Source of the DNA: an uncultured Gemmatimonadaceae bacterium
Lineage (GTDB): Bacteria; Gemmatimonadota; Gemmatimonadetes; Gemmatimonadales; Gemmatimonadaceae
DNA: 64,000 nt
NCBI GenBank assembly: GCA_963761305.1
Contig: CAVXGK010000002.1
Span: forward strand, 736,001 to 800,000
Direction of reading: 5' to 3'
The notes beneath the pieces are model-generated. The model had not been told where the DNA came from, did not search any database, and saw nothing but the letters and a program-made list of their open reading frames with translations. The translations under genes and the position numbers were made by a program. Positions 1 to 8,751 of the stretch are shown here, piece after piece; positions within the stretch are counted from its first letter, which is position 1, and the number at the start of each line of letters is the position of its first letter.

Positions 1-372
1 CGAACGCGTCGTCGGCAGTCCTTCAGCGAAGAGCGAGTCGAGCACCGTGTGCTCGGCCGCCACCGCCGTGAGCGTCGGGTCGTACGACGTTCCGGCGTCA
101 GGGTGGGGGAGAGAATCGAGCCCGTTCACGACGCCGACCAGCGGCGCGGCTTTCGGGTCGGTGGCGGTCAGGCCCGAATAGAGCCCTACCGACGCGTAGG
201 CGAACACGCGCGACGCAACCGGCGGCGACAACCGCTCGGCGCGCACGACGCCATAGAGCGCGCGCTCCCACTCGGACACCATGCGCGGGTCGGCGTCCGG
301 CGAAGGGTGGCACGCGACGGGCGCGATGAACACGACGAGGAAGAGGAGACGTCTCGCGGTACGGTAGATCAT
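1..372 (-). CDS. Vanadium-dependent haloperoxidase / PAP2-superfamily lipoprotein, N-terminal part (runs off window edge)
   Basis: Manually translated, absent from ORF track: MIYRTARRLLFLVVFIAPVAC (lipoprotein-like signal)...SPPVASRVFAYASVGLY, resembling N-termini of bacterial V-haloperoxidase-like proteins; catalytic motifs lie outside the window. Confidence 0.6.
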   Translation of the reverse strand, partial: MIYRTARRLLFLVVFIAPVACHPSPDADPRMVSEWERALYGVVRAERLSPPVASRVFAYASVGLYSGLTATDPKAAPLVGVVNGLDSLPHPDAGTSYDPTLTAVAAEHTVLDSLFAEGLPTTRS

Positions 373-465
373 CTTCGAACGTGGGCGGGAAGGAAATCGT
401 GACAAACGCGGCGGGTTGAATCGGCGATCGCGGGTCGCCCGGGGCGTGCGCCGAGTGATATACTA

Positions 466-804
466 ATGGAGCCCACCCGTCCCACGCCTCTCAGCAATGT
501 ACGCGTCGCGCACACAGCTCGCATCGGAGCGAGTCCCCGGAATCACCTCTCGAGCGCTGTCCCCGGCGGCGCTGGAGTGGACGCTGCGCATCGTTTTTGC
601 TGGCCATCCGTGCCGCTGGCGTTGTTCGCCGCGTTCTGGAAATTGTCGACCGAGTCGCTGTTCGTCGTCGCGGGCCAACCGTTCTGGGAGATCGTGGAAC
701 GCGGAGGCAGCTTCGCGGCGCCTGTCGCGCTGGCGATGGTGCTGATCTTGGCGGCGCGCGCGCGCGAACAATCGGGGCCGCACGCGATTCGTCCGCGAGC
801 CTGA
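466..804 (+). pseudogene. Probable remnant of a membrane-protein gene
   Basis: Only the C-terminal half looks protein-like (LALFAAFWKLSTESLFVVAGQPFWEIVERGGSFAAPVALA); a protein-like segment ALEWTLRIVF lies upstream in another frame (ORF 497..745). Confidence 0.35.
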
Positions 805-805
805 G

Positions 806-1474
806 TTGCGATCGCGACTGGCGAAGCTCGTCGGCCAATTGCGATCGAAGTACGGCCCGCCGACGCCGCCCCCCGCGAAGACCGCGTTCGAGCTCGTCGC
901 GTGGGAGAAAGTGGCGTACCTCGCGCCGGACGAACGTCGCGCGACCACGTTCGCGCTGCTGAAGCGGAAGATCGGCCTCACACCGAAAAAGATTCTTGCC
1001 GCGCGCCGCGCCGACCTGATCGACGTGTTGGCGACCGGCGGCATCGGCGCGCCCGAGCGGGCCAACAATCTGATCACGGCCGCGGAGCTGGTCGTCGGTG
1101 AATTCGACGGCTCGCTCGACGACGTGTGTCAGCGCCCACTCGCGGAAGCGAAAAACAAGCTGATGCGGATCTACGGCATCGGCGAACCCGGCGCCGAGAA
1201 GATTCTACTCCTCACGCACTCACATCCCGTGTTGGGCGTCGACTCGAACGGACTTCGCGTGCTCACGCGCCTCGGCTACGGCACTTCCGCCAAGAGCTAC
1301 ACGACCACCTATCGCTCGGCGACGTCGGCGGCGCTCCCCGAGCTCGGCGACGATATCGACACGCTGATCGACGCCAATCTCCTCCTGCGCACGCACGGCC
1401 AAACCGTCTGCAAGACCACGAACCCGCACTGCGGCACTTGCGTGATCCGCGAGACCTGCCCGAGTGCACGCTAA
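806..1474 (+). CDS. HhH-GPD / endonuclease III-related DNA glycosylase with [4Fe-4S] motif
   Basis: HhH IYGIGEPGA, catalytic-type VD (VLGVDSN), C-terminal HGQTVCKTTNPHCGTCVIRETC (C-X6-C-X2-C-X5-C). Confidence 0.85.
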   Translation: MRSRLAKLVGQLRSKYGPPTPPPAKTAFELVAWEKVAYLAPDERRATTFALLKRKIGLTPKKILAARRADLIDVLATGGIGAPERANNLITAAELVVGEFDGSLDDVCQRPLAEAKNKLMRIYGIGEPGAEKILLLTHSHPVLGVDSNGLRVLTRLGYGTSAKSYTTTYRSATSAALPELGDDIDTLIDANLLLRTHGQTVCKTTNPHCGTCVIRETCPSAR

Positions 1475-1545
1475 CTTAGCTGGAGCCGGGCAAAGCCGGG
1501 ATTGCACGACGGGAACCGCCCTCACGCCCGTTAGAGAGCCGCGGG

Positions 1546-1680
1546 GAAAACGGACACCAACGGATTGACTGACAAAACGGATGAGGACGAGGACTTTGTT
1601 GGAGCTGCGACAGAGTCTTCGTTCACAGTTCAACCAAGTCCCTTCTGTTTGTTTCCGTTCAATCCGTCTGTGTCGGTTTC
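1546..1680. repeat. Long imperfect inverted repeat (REP/MITE-like hairpin)
   Basis: gaaaacggacaccaacggattga pairs with ttcaatccgtctgtgtcggtttc; inner ggactttgttggagctg pairs with cagttcaaccaagtcc. Confidence 0.7.
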
Positions 1681-1726
1681 GCCTTGGATATCCCGCTCGC
1701 ACCAGCGAACACCAAAACGACCGTAC

Positions 1727-1747
1727 GGCCGCTCTCGGTGAGCGGCC
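1727..1747. terminator. Hairpin terminator after the flippase-like gene
   Basis: Perfect 8-bp stem ggccgctc-tcggt-gagcggcc next to the stop codon at 1749, in a convergent intergenic region. Confidence 0.6.
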
Positions 1748-1748
1748 T

Positions 1749-2762
1749 TTAGCTGAGCTCTTCAGCTCGCGAGTGCAGATCGAGGCCCGAGTCGGTCGCG
1801 CGCTTGCCGCGCTTCTTGAAGATGAACTCGGGCGCCAGCGCGACACCGATCAGCGTGACCGGAATGATCTGCTGTGTCTGGATGAGGAAGGCCACGGCGA
1901 TCGCCTGGTCTCGATCCATGCCGAACGCCGTCGCCATGAGCGTGTAGAGCGCCTGAAAAATGCCGACGTTGCCCGGCGTGGCACGAATCGCGAACCCGAG
2001 GTTCACGGCGAGGAGCGCCGACACAGTGCCGACCTGCGACAGGTTGAAGTCCACCGCGCGCGCCGTGAGCGCGTACGTCCAGACCTGCATTGCCCAGATG
2101 GCGACCGAGAGCACGAGCGCGGCGATGAACCGCGGACCCGTCGAGATCCCCCCGATCGTCGCGCCAAAATGCCGGAAGAACTCGGCGGCGCGGCCGCGCC
2201 ATCCGGTCGCTTTTTTCTCAAGCGGCTTGATCTCCTCCAGGTGCGGGCGCCGGACGAGGTAGATCATGAGCCCGACCACGACCGCCAATGCGATCCAAGC
2301 GACGGGTCGCGCGCGAGCCAACCACGGCGGCAGCTCGAGGAACGACACGGCGAGCACGAAGATCACGATGTAGCCGATCAGCTCGAACATCCGCTCGAGC
2401 GCGAGCGACGCGAGGATCTTGGCGCTCTGCACGTGCGCGGTGCGCGCCACGAAAACGACGCGCGCCGCTTCGCCGCCGTTGGCGACGAGAATGTTGTTGA
2501 GCCCCGCGCCGGCGAACGTCGCCCGCAGCGCCAACCAGAGGGACGGCACGCCGGCCGGCCGCAGGAAAATCCACCAGCGCACTCCCTTGAGCGCCAGCGA
2601 CAGCAAGTTCACGATCGCCGCGGCAAGCAGGATCGTCAGGTTCGCCTGGGTGATGTGCTCCCACGTCAGCGACCAGTTCACCTTGCGCGCGAACAGCACG
2701 AGTCCCGCGATGATCGCGACGCTGAGGAGAGCGCGGAGCGATCGCGAGACGGTCTTGTTCAT
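1749..2762 (-). CDS. Lysylphosphatidylglycerol-synthase TM domain (MprF-like flippase) protein
   Basis: Polytopic; KGVRW, NNILVANGGEAARV, LERMFE, ATPGNVGIFQ motifs typical of LPG_synthase_TM. Confidence 0.85.
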   Translation of the reverse strand: MNKTVSRSLRALLSVAIIAGLVLFARKVNWSLTWEHITQANLTILLAAAIVNLLSLALKGVRWWIFLRPAGVPSLWLALRATFAGAGLNNILVANGGEAARVVFVARTAHVQSAKILASLALERMFELIGYIVIFVLAVSFLELPPWLARARPVAWIALAVVVGLMIYLVRRPHLEEIKPLEKKATGWRGRAAEFFRHFGATIGGISTGPRFIAALVLSVAIWAMQVWTYALTARAVDFNLSQVGTVSALLAVNLGFAIRATPGNVGIFQALYTLMATAFGMDRDQAIAVAFLIQTQQIIPVTLIGVALAPEFIFKKRGKRATDSGLDLHSRAEELS

Positions 2763-3448
2763 GCGGCGTCGAGCAGCGTGAATCGGTAGCCCCGATCGAG
2801 TAGGCGATCGACGAGGAGGGGCACGGCGTGTGCCGTCTGCATCCGGTCGCCGTCGGGATCATACCCGTCACCATCGTGCAACAACAGAATCGACCCCGGC
2901 GACGCGCCGTCGACCGTGCGGCGGGCGATCTCGTCGACGCCGGGCCGAGCCGAGTCCCAGACGCCGAGCGACCATCCGACGGTTCGCTGGCCAAGGGTGC
3001 GGGCGATGTACGTCACCCACGGGCTGCGAAACCCGTGTGGCGCGCGAAAGAGCCGAGGCCGCGGCGCCCCGGCGCTCACGATGGCGCCGGTCCCAAGTTC
3101 GAGGTCACGCCGTACGTACGAGGGCGACCTGAAGTGAAGTTTCCGGTGGAAATAGCCGTGGTTGCCGATCGCGTGGCCTTCAACGCTCGCGCGCGCCACG
3201 AGGTCCGGCCATCGCTCGGCGTGCCGGCCAAGGATGAAGAAGGTCGCCTTGACCCCCCGCGACGCGAGGGCGTCGAGCACGAGCGGCGTCGCGGCTGGGT
3301 TCGGTCCGTCGTCGAAGGTGAGCGCGACGACGCGGTCATGCGTCCGGAGGCGACGAACGGTGGGACCGAAGATCGGACTATTGCGGTGAAAAGCGCCGTG
3401 CGCGGCGCCGCCGAGTACGACGGCCGCCGCGCCGAGGCCGAGGATCAT
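2759..3448 (-). CDS. Polysaccharide deacetylase (NodB/CE4) with N-terminal membrane anchor
   Basis: LTFDDGP, GNHGYFH, FRAPHG, LLLHDG motifs; start reassigned to MILGLG at 3448. Confidence 0.92.
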   Translation of the reverse strand: MILGLGAAAVVLGGAAHGAFHRNSPIFGPTVRRLRTHDRVVALTFDDGPNPAATPLVLDALASRGVKATFFILGRHAERWPDLVARASVEGHAIGNHGYFHRKLHFRSPSYVRRDLELGTGAIVSAGAPRPRLFRAPHGFRSPWVTYIARTLGQRTVGWSLGVWDSARPGVDEIARRTVDGASPGSILLLHDGDGYDPDGDRMQTAHAVPLLVDRLLDRGYRFTLLDAA

Positions 3449-4665
3449 ACCGGGACGGCGACGTTTCCGAGAACGGTTTGATACACATCGAGCACTCGAG
3501 CCGTGACACGGGCCCACGAGTATTCGAGCGAATTCTCCCGACCGGTGGTGCCGAGTTGGATGGCCAGTCCTTCGTCGTCGAGCACTCGAACCAGGGCGTC
3601 CGCGAGCGCATCGCGGTTGCCGCACGGCACCATCAGCGCCTCTCGGCCGTCCACCACGACGTCGCGGAATCCAAGAATGTCGGAGCAGACCACGGGCGTT
3701 TGGCACGCCATCGATTCGAGCAGCGTGATGCCGAACGACGCCTTGGTCGTGGGACACGCGTACACCGAGCTGTGCGCGTAGTAGCTGGGCCGACCCTCGA
3801 GCACCGCACCGACAAAACGAATGTCCCGATCCCCATTGGCCTGCTTGTAGTAATGCTCACGAAGCGGTCCGTCGCCGACGACCACCAGGCGCGCCTGGCG
3901 CCCGCGGTTGCCCTTCGCCTTCACACGACGGAACGAGTCGATCAGCGTCGACAGACCGTTGCGCGGGTCAAAGCGGCCGAGGAAGAGAATCGTCGGAACA
4001 TCATTCGTCATTCCCGGCGGGGGAGGAGCACTCGGATGAAAAACATCGGTGTCGATTCCGTTCGGAATGATCCGCCAGTCCGCCTCGAAATAGCGGTCGA
4101 GCGCGACCGTCGTGCTGTGCGAGACGGCGATGGCGGCGCTGAGCATGTTGAGCCGCTTCTGGAAAAAGCGCCGGCCGACCGTGTAGCCGAACGACCGGTC
4201 GAAGTACGTGTGGAACGTGCCGACGACCGGACACTCCGCCTCCTCGATCGCGAGGATCGGGAGCACGGGGGTGAGCGGCGAGTGCACGTGCACGACGTCG
4301 TACTGTCCCTGTCGAAGCACGCGGCGCATGTCGCGGCGGAGATTCCAACCGAGTGTGATCCGCGCCTGTGAGCCGTTGGCGTAGACCGGCTGGCTGCGGC
4401 CGATCCGAATGACGTGCGGCTGGTCTTCGGCTCCCGGAATGTGCGACGTGATGACGTCTACATGGTGCCCACGGCGGCGGGCTTCGCGAGCGAAGAAATG
4501 CACATGCTCACAAACGCCGCCGAGGTGCGGATAGTAGTATTCAGTGACCAGGGCAATGCGAAGCGGCCGCTCGTCGTGGGTGGACTCGAGCGGTGGCAGG
4601 TTCGGCAGCGTCGGGTGGTTACGACGGAAGCGCCTGGTTCGAAGAGCCGGATTCAAGAGCGGCAT
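3445..4665 (-). CDS. Glycosyltransferase family 4 (PimA-like)
   Basis: YYYPHLGGVCEH, VHVHSP, IIPNGID, LFLGRFDPRNG, SFGITLLESMA; start uncertain (overlaps ppdK 3' end). Confidence 0.9.
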   Translation of the reverse strand: MPLLNPALRTRRFRRNHPTLPNLPPLESTHDERPLRIALVTEYYYPHLGGVCEHVHFFAREARRRGHHVDVITSHIPGAEDQPHVIRIGRSQPVYANGSQARITLGWNLRRDMRRVLRQGQYDVVHVHSPLTPVLPILAIEEAECPVVGTFHTYFDRSFGYTVGRRFFQKRLNMLSAAIAVSHSTTVALDRYFEADWRIIPNGIDTDVFHPSAPPPPGMTNDVPTILFLGRFDPRNGLSTLIDSFRRVKAKGNRGRQARLVVVGDGPLREHYYKQANGDRDIRFVGAVLEGRPSYYAHSSVYACPTTKASFGITLLESMACQTPVVCSDILGFRDVVVDGREALMVPCGNRDALADALVRVLDDEGLAIQLGTTGRENSLEYSWARVTARVLDVYQTVLGNVAVPV

Positions 4666-7324
4666 GGGCAGCGGCCAGTCGGGCGATTGGGACTCGGAAG
4701 GGAGAACACGAGACGTAGTCCAGTCCGATAGAGTGACAAAAAGCCACGGAGCGAGGTTCGCCTCCGTGCTCGCCGCAGATCCCAACTTTGAGCTGCGGAC
4801 GGACCGCTCTACCGGCCTTTACGGCAAATCCAATCAGTTTGCCAACCCCGTTCCGGTCAAGGACCTGGAACGGGTCGTCGGGAAGTATACCACGATCTAT
4901 GTAATTCGGTAGGAACCGCCCGGCGTCGTCTCGGCTCAGACCGAAAGTGGTCTGAGTCAAATCATTGGTGCCAAAAGAAAAGAAGTCTGCTTTCTCCGCG
5001 ATCTCATCCGCGGTAAGTGCGGCGCGCGGCAATTCGATCATCGTGCCGATGGTGTAGGGAATCTCCTCACCCATCGCCCCAAGAATCCCCTGTGCGGCGG
5101 TCTCGAGAATCGCGCGCTGATTGTCGAACTCCGCCACGGTGGCGACGAGCGGCACCATGAGCTCGGGACGAACGTCGAAGCCGCGTCGCTTTGCGCGCAC
5201 GGCCGCCTCGAAAATCGCACGGCCCTGCATGTCGGTGATCTCGGGGAATGTGATGCCGAGGCGGCACCCGCGATGCCCAAGCATGGGGTTCGTTTCGCGC
5301 AGCGAATCGACGATGTGCGACAACTCTTCGCGCGGAATTCCCAGCGTGCGTGCGAGGAGCTTGCTCTCCTCTCCGCCGTGCGGGAGAAACTCGTGCAGCG
5401 GCGGATCGAGCAACCGGATCGTCACCGGCAGTCCGGTCATCGCTTCGAAGATTCCCTCGAAATCCGAGCGCTGCATGGGGAGCAGCTTGGCGAGCGCGCG
5501 GCGGCGACCCTGCTCGTCGCGGGCGACGATCATCTCGCGCATGGCGCCGATGCGATCGCCCTCGAAGAACATGTGTTCCGTGCGGCACAAGCCGATGCCT
5601 TCGGCGCCGAAGCCGCGCGCGATGCGCGCGTCGTGCGGCGTATCGGCGTTGGCGCGAACCCGCAGGCGGCGCACGTCGTCGGCCCACCCGAGCAGGCGCG
5701 CGAACGACTGGTACGTCGGCGCCGAGCGCCGGTCCCGCGTGCCGCGAATCACCTGCACGACTTCACTGGGCGTCGTCGGCAGATCGCCGGAATAGACGCG
5801 GCCCGACGCGCCGTCGACCGTGATCCATTCGCCCTCGGACACGGTGTGATCACCCGCGGTGAACCGCCGGTGAACCACGTCGACGCTGATGTCGCGACAG
5901 CCGACGACGGCGCACTTGCCCATGCCGCGCGCGACGACGGCGGCGTGGCTCGTCATGCCGCCGCGGGCCGTGAGCACGGCGCGCGCGGCGACGATGCCGT
6001 GGAAGTCCTCCGGCGTCGTCTCTTCGCGCACGAGGATCACGCGCTTGCCGGTCGCGGCTTGCTGCACAGCGACGTCGGGATCGAACACGGCGACGCCGCT
6101 CTCGGCACCGGGACTGGCCGGAAGTCCCGTGCAGATCGGCAGCGCGCGCACGTCCGCCGAGATGACAGGGTGGAGCAACTGGTCGAGTTGATCCGGAATC
6201 ACGCGGCGCACCGCGGTCGACGGGTCGATCGAGCCCTCGTCCACCATGTCGATGGCGATGCGAACCGCGGCGGTCGCCGTACGCTTTCCGGTGCGCGTTT
6301 GGAGGAGGTACAACCGCCCGCGCTCGACTGTGAACTCGATGTCCAGCATGTCCCTGAAATGCTGCTCGAGCCGCTGCTGAGTGTCGAGCAGCTCGTCATA
6401 CGCGTCGGGCAGACGTTTGCTCATCTCGTCGATCGCGAGCGGCGTTCGAATGCCGGCGACCACGTCCTCGCCCTGTGCGTTTACCAAGAATTCACCGTAG
6501 AACTTCTTCTCTCCCGTCGATGGATTGCGCGTGAAGGCGACCCCGGTTCCAGAATCGTTCCCGAGGTTGCCGAAGACCATCGCAACCACGCTCACCGCCG
6601 TGCCAAGATCATCGGCGATTCGGTGCACCTTTCTATAGTCCACAGCCTTCTTTAAGGTCCACGATCTCCACACTGCCTCGATGGCACCCCACAGCTGTTG
6701 AGCGGGGTCAGCAGGGAACTCGTGGCCGGTGCGCGTTTGCACGAGCGCGCGATAGTCGGCGACCACCGCTTTGAGCGCGTCCGCGGAAAGATCCGCGTCG
6801 GTCGCCGCGCCGGTCGTCATGCGTTTCGTCGTGAGCAAATGCTCGAACTGCGACGACGGCACGCCAAGCACCACGTCGCCGTACATCTGTATGAATCGGC
6901 GATACGAATCGTACGCGAAGCGATCGTTGCCGCTCGCGGCGGCGAGTCCCGCGACCGTTTCGTCGTTCAGGCCGAGATTGAGAATCGTCTCCATCATCCC
7001 GGGCATGGAGACGGGTGCGCCGGAGCGCACCGACACGAGCAGCGGATTCTTCGAGTCGCCGAACGTCTTGCCCGTGGCGCGCTCCAGGCGCTCTAACGCG
7101 GCGTCCACTTCGTCGCGCAATCCGTGCGGCGGGCGATGCGTGCGCAGGTATTCGACGCACGTCGCGCACGCGATCGTGAATCCCGGCGGCACTGGAACGC
7201 CGAGATTCGTCATCTCGGCGAGTCCGGCGCCTTTTCCGCCGAGGACACGCTTCATGTCCCCCGTGCCTTCGGCGCGGCCGTCGCCGAAGAAGAAAACGGA
7301 TTGCGTCGCGGCGGTGGTCGTCAC
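4619..7324 (-). CDS. ppdK: Pyruvate, phosphate dikinase
   Basis: LGGKGAGLAEM, LLVSVRSGA, GGMTSHAAVVARG (phospho-His), GIGLCRTEHMF, FSFGTNDLTQ, GICGEHGG; GTG start at 7324. Confidence 0.97.
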   Translation of the reverse strand: MTTTAATQSVFFFGDGRAEGTGDMKRVLGGKGAGLAEMTNLGVPVPPGFTIACATCVEYLRTHRPPHGLRDEVDAALERLERATGKTFGDSKNPLLVSVRSGAPVSMPGMMETILNLGLNDETVAGLAAASGNDRFAYDSYRRFIQMYGDVVLGVPSSQFEHLLTTKRMTTGAATDADLSADALKAVVADYRALVQTRTGHEFPADPAQQLWGAIEAVWRSWTLKKAVDYRKVHRIADDLGTAVSVVAMVFGNLGNDSGTGVAFTRNPSTGEKKFYGEFLVNAQGEDVVAGIRTPLAIDEMSKRLPDAYDELLDTQQRLEQHFRDMLDIEFTVERGRLYLLQTRTGKRTATAAVRIAIDMVDEGSIDPSTAVRRVIPDQLDQLLHPVISADVRALPICTGLPASPGAESGVAVFDPDVAVQQAATGKRVILVREETTPEDFHGIVAARAVLTARGGMTSHAAVVARGMGKCAVVGCRDISVDVVHRRFTAGDHTVSEGEWITVDGASGRVYSGDLPTTPSEVVQVIRGTRDRRSAPTYQSFARLLGWADDVRRLRVRANADTPHDARIARGFGAEGIGLCRTEHMFFEGDRIGAMREMIVARDEQGRRRALAKLLPMQRSDFEGIFEAMTGLPVTIRLLDPPLHEFLPHGGEESKLLARTLGIPREELSHIVDSLRETNPMLGHRGCRLGITFPEITDMQGRAIFEAAVRAKRRGFDVRPELMVPLVATVAEFDNQRAILETAAQGILGAMGEEIPYTIGTMIELPRAALTADEIAEKADFFSFGTNDLTQTTFGLSRDDAGRFLPNYIDRGILPDDPFQVLDRNGVGKLIGFAVKAGRAVRPQLKVGICGEHGGEPRSVAFCHSIGLDYVSCSPFRVPIARLAAAHAALESGSSNQALPS

Positions 7325-8703
7325 TAGCAGCCGCAGCCGAACCGCAGCTTGTCGGGGTCCGCCGGCGGCTCGGTGGGATAGTCGCCTGAAAAACAGGCGT
7401 GGCAGAATCCACCGGGGCCGTTGGGCACCGACTCGAGCATGCCGTCGAGCGAGAGATAGCCGAGACTGTCGACGCCCAAGTGCACGGCGATCTGATCGAC
7501 GCTGTTGTTGGCGGCGATCAACTCTTCGCGCGACGGCGTGTCGATGCCGTAGTAACACGGACCGGTAACCGGCGGGGAGCTCACGCGCATGTGCACCTCG
7601 CGCGCACCGGCACCGCGCACGAGCGCGACGAGGCCGCGCGTCGTCGTGCCGCGCACGATCGAGTCGTCGACGATCACGACGCTCTTGCCGTCGATGATCT
7701 CGCGGACCGGATTGTACTTCACCTTCACTTTCGCGTCGCGGCCGGCCTGCGTCGGCTGGATGAACGTGCGACCCACGTAGTGATTGCGGATGAGCGCGAG
7801 CTCGTAGGGCAGCCCACTCTCCTCGGCGAATCCCAGCGCGGCGGAGTTCGACGAGTCGGGCACGCTGAACACCAGATCGGCCGTCGGCGCCGGATGTTCG
7901 CGGGCGAGCCGCTTGCCAAGCGCGCGACGCGCCCGATCGACCGAGCCGCCGTACACGCGGCTGTCCGGCCGCGCGAAGTACACGTACTCGAACACGCAGC
8001 GGCGCGATTCCTGTTTCGCCAACGGATGCGACGACTGCACGCCGTTGCCGTTCACCGACACGATCTCGCCCGGCTCGACGTCGCGCTCGTACGTCGCACC
8101 GACGATGTCGAGGGCGCACGTCTCCGACGCGAACACCACCGCGTCGCCGAGGCGGCCCATGGCGAGTGGACGCCAGCCGCGCGGGTCGCGCGCAGCGAGC
8201 ATCGTGTTGCCCATCGCGACGATCAGGCTGTAGGCGCCATCCACACGCCTCAACGCGTCGGCGAGTCGCAGCGCGGGCGTCGGCGAGGTGGACCGCGCGA
8301 GCTCGTGGACGATGACCTCCGAGTCATTCGTCGAGGCGAAGATCGAACCCTTGTCCTCGAGCTCGTGCCGCACCTCGGCCGCGTTGATCAGGTTGCCGTT
8401 GTGGGCGAGCGTGATGAAGCCGCCCTTGGAGCGGGCGACGACCGGCTGGGCGTTGTCGATCGTCGACGAGCCGGCGGTGCTGTACCGCGTATGCCCGACG
8501 GCCGACGTGCCCGGGATCCTCGAGAGGTCTTGGACGAGCGCGTCGGAAAGCGTCCCCATGCGACGCACCGCTCGCGCTTGTCCCGCGTCATCGATCGACA
8601 CCACGCCGACCGATTCCTGACCGCGATGCTGGAGGGAGTACAGACCGAGCTGCGCGATGTGGGTCGCGTCGGAATGGCCGTGGACTCCGAAGATGCCGCA
8701 CAT
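7324..8703 (-). CDS. purF: Amidophosphoribosyltransferase
   Basis: MCGIFG N-terminus, QHRGQE, GHTRYST, VDDSIVRGTT. Confidence 0.97.
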   Translation of the reverse strand: MCGIFGVHGHSDATHIAQLGLYSLQHRGQESVGVVSIDDAGQARAVRRMGTLSDALVQDLSRIPGTSAVGHTRYSTAGSSTIDNAQPVVARSKGGFITLAHNGNLINAAEVRHELEDKGSIFASTNDSEVIVHELARSTSPTPALRLADALRRVDGAYSLIVAMGNTMLAARDPRGWRPLAMGRLGDAVVFASETCALDIVGATYERDVEPGEIVSVNGNGVQSSHPLAKQESRRCVFEYVYFARPDSRVYGGSVDRARRALGKRLAREHPAPTADLVFSVPDSSNSAALGFAEESGLPYELALIRNHYVGRTFIQPTQAGRDAKVKVKYNPVREIIDGKSVVIVDDSIVRGTTTRGLVALVRGAGAREVHMRVSSPPVTGPCYYGIDTPSREELIAANNSVDQIAVHLGVDSLGYLSLDGMLESVPNGPGGFCHACFSGDYPTEPPADPDKLRFGCGC

Positions 8704-8751
8704 GATTTCAGGTCCGGGCTACGATCACGGCTGTCGAGGCTCGCACGCGGT

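Noticed and set aside
1581..2789. 402-aa plus-strand ORF
   Set aside because: Antisense shadow of the flippase-like gene, starting inside the hairpin repeat
4619..8119. 1166-aa ORF suggesting PPDK with a large N-terminal extension
   Set aside because: The first ~265 residues are an off-frame reading of purF; PPDK homology begins at GTG 7324
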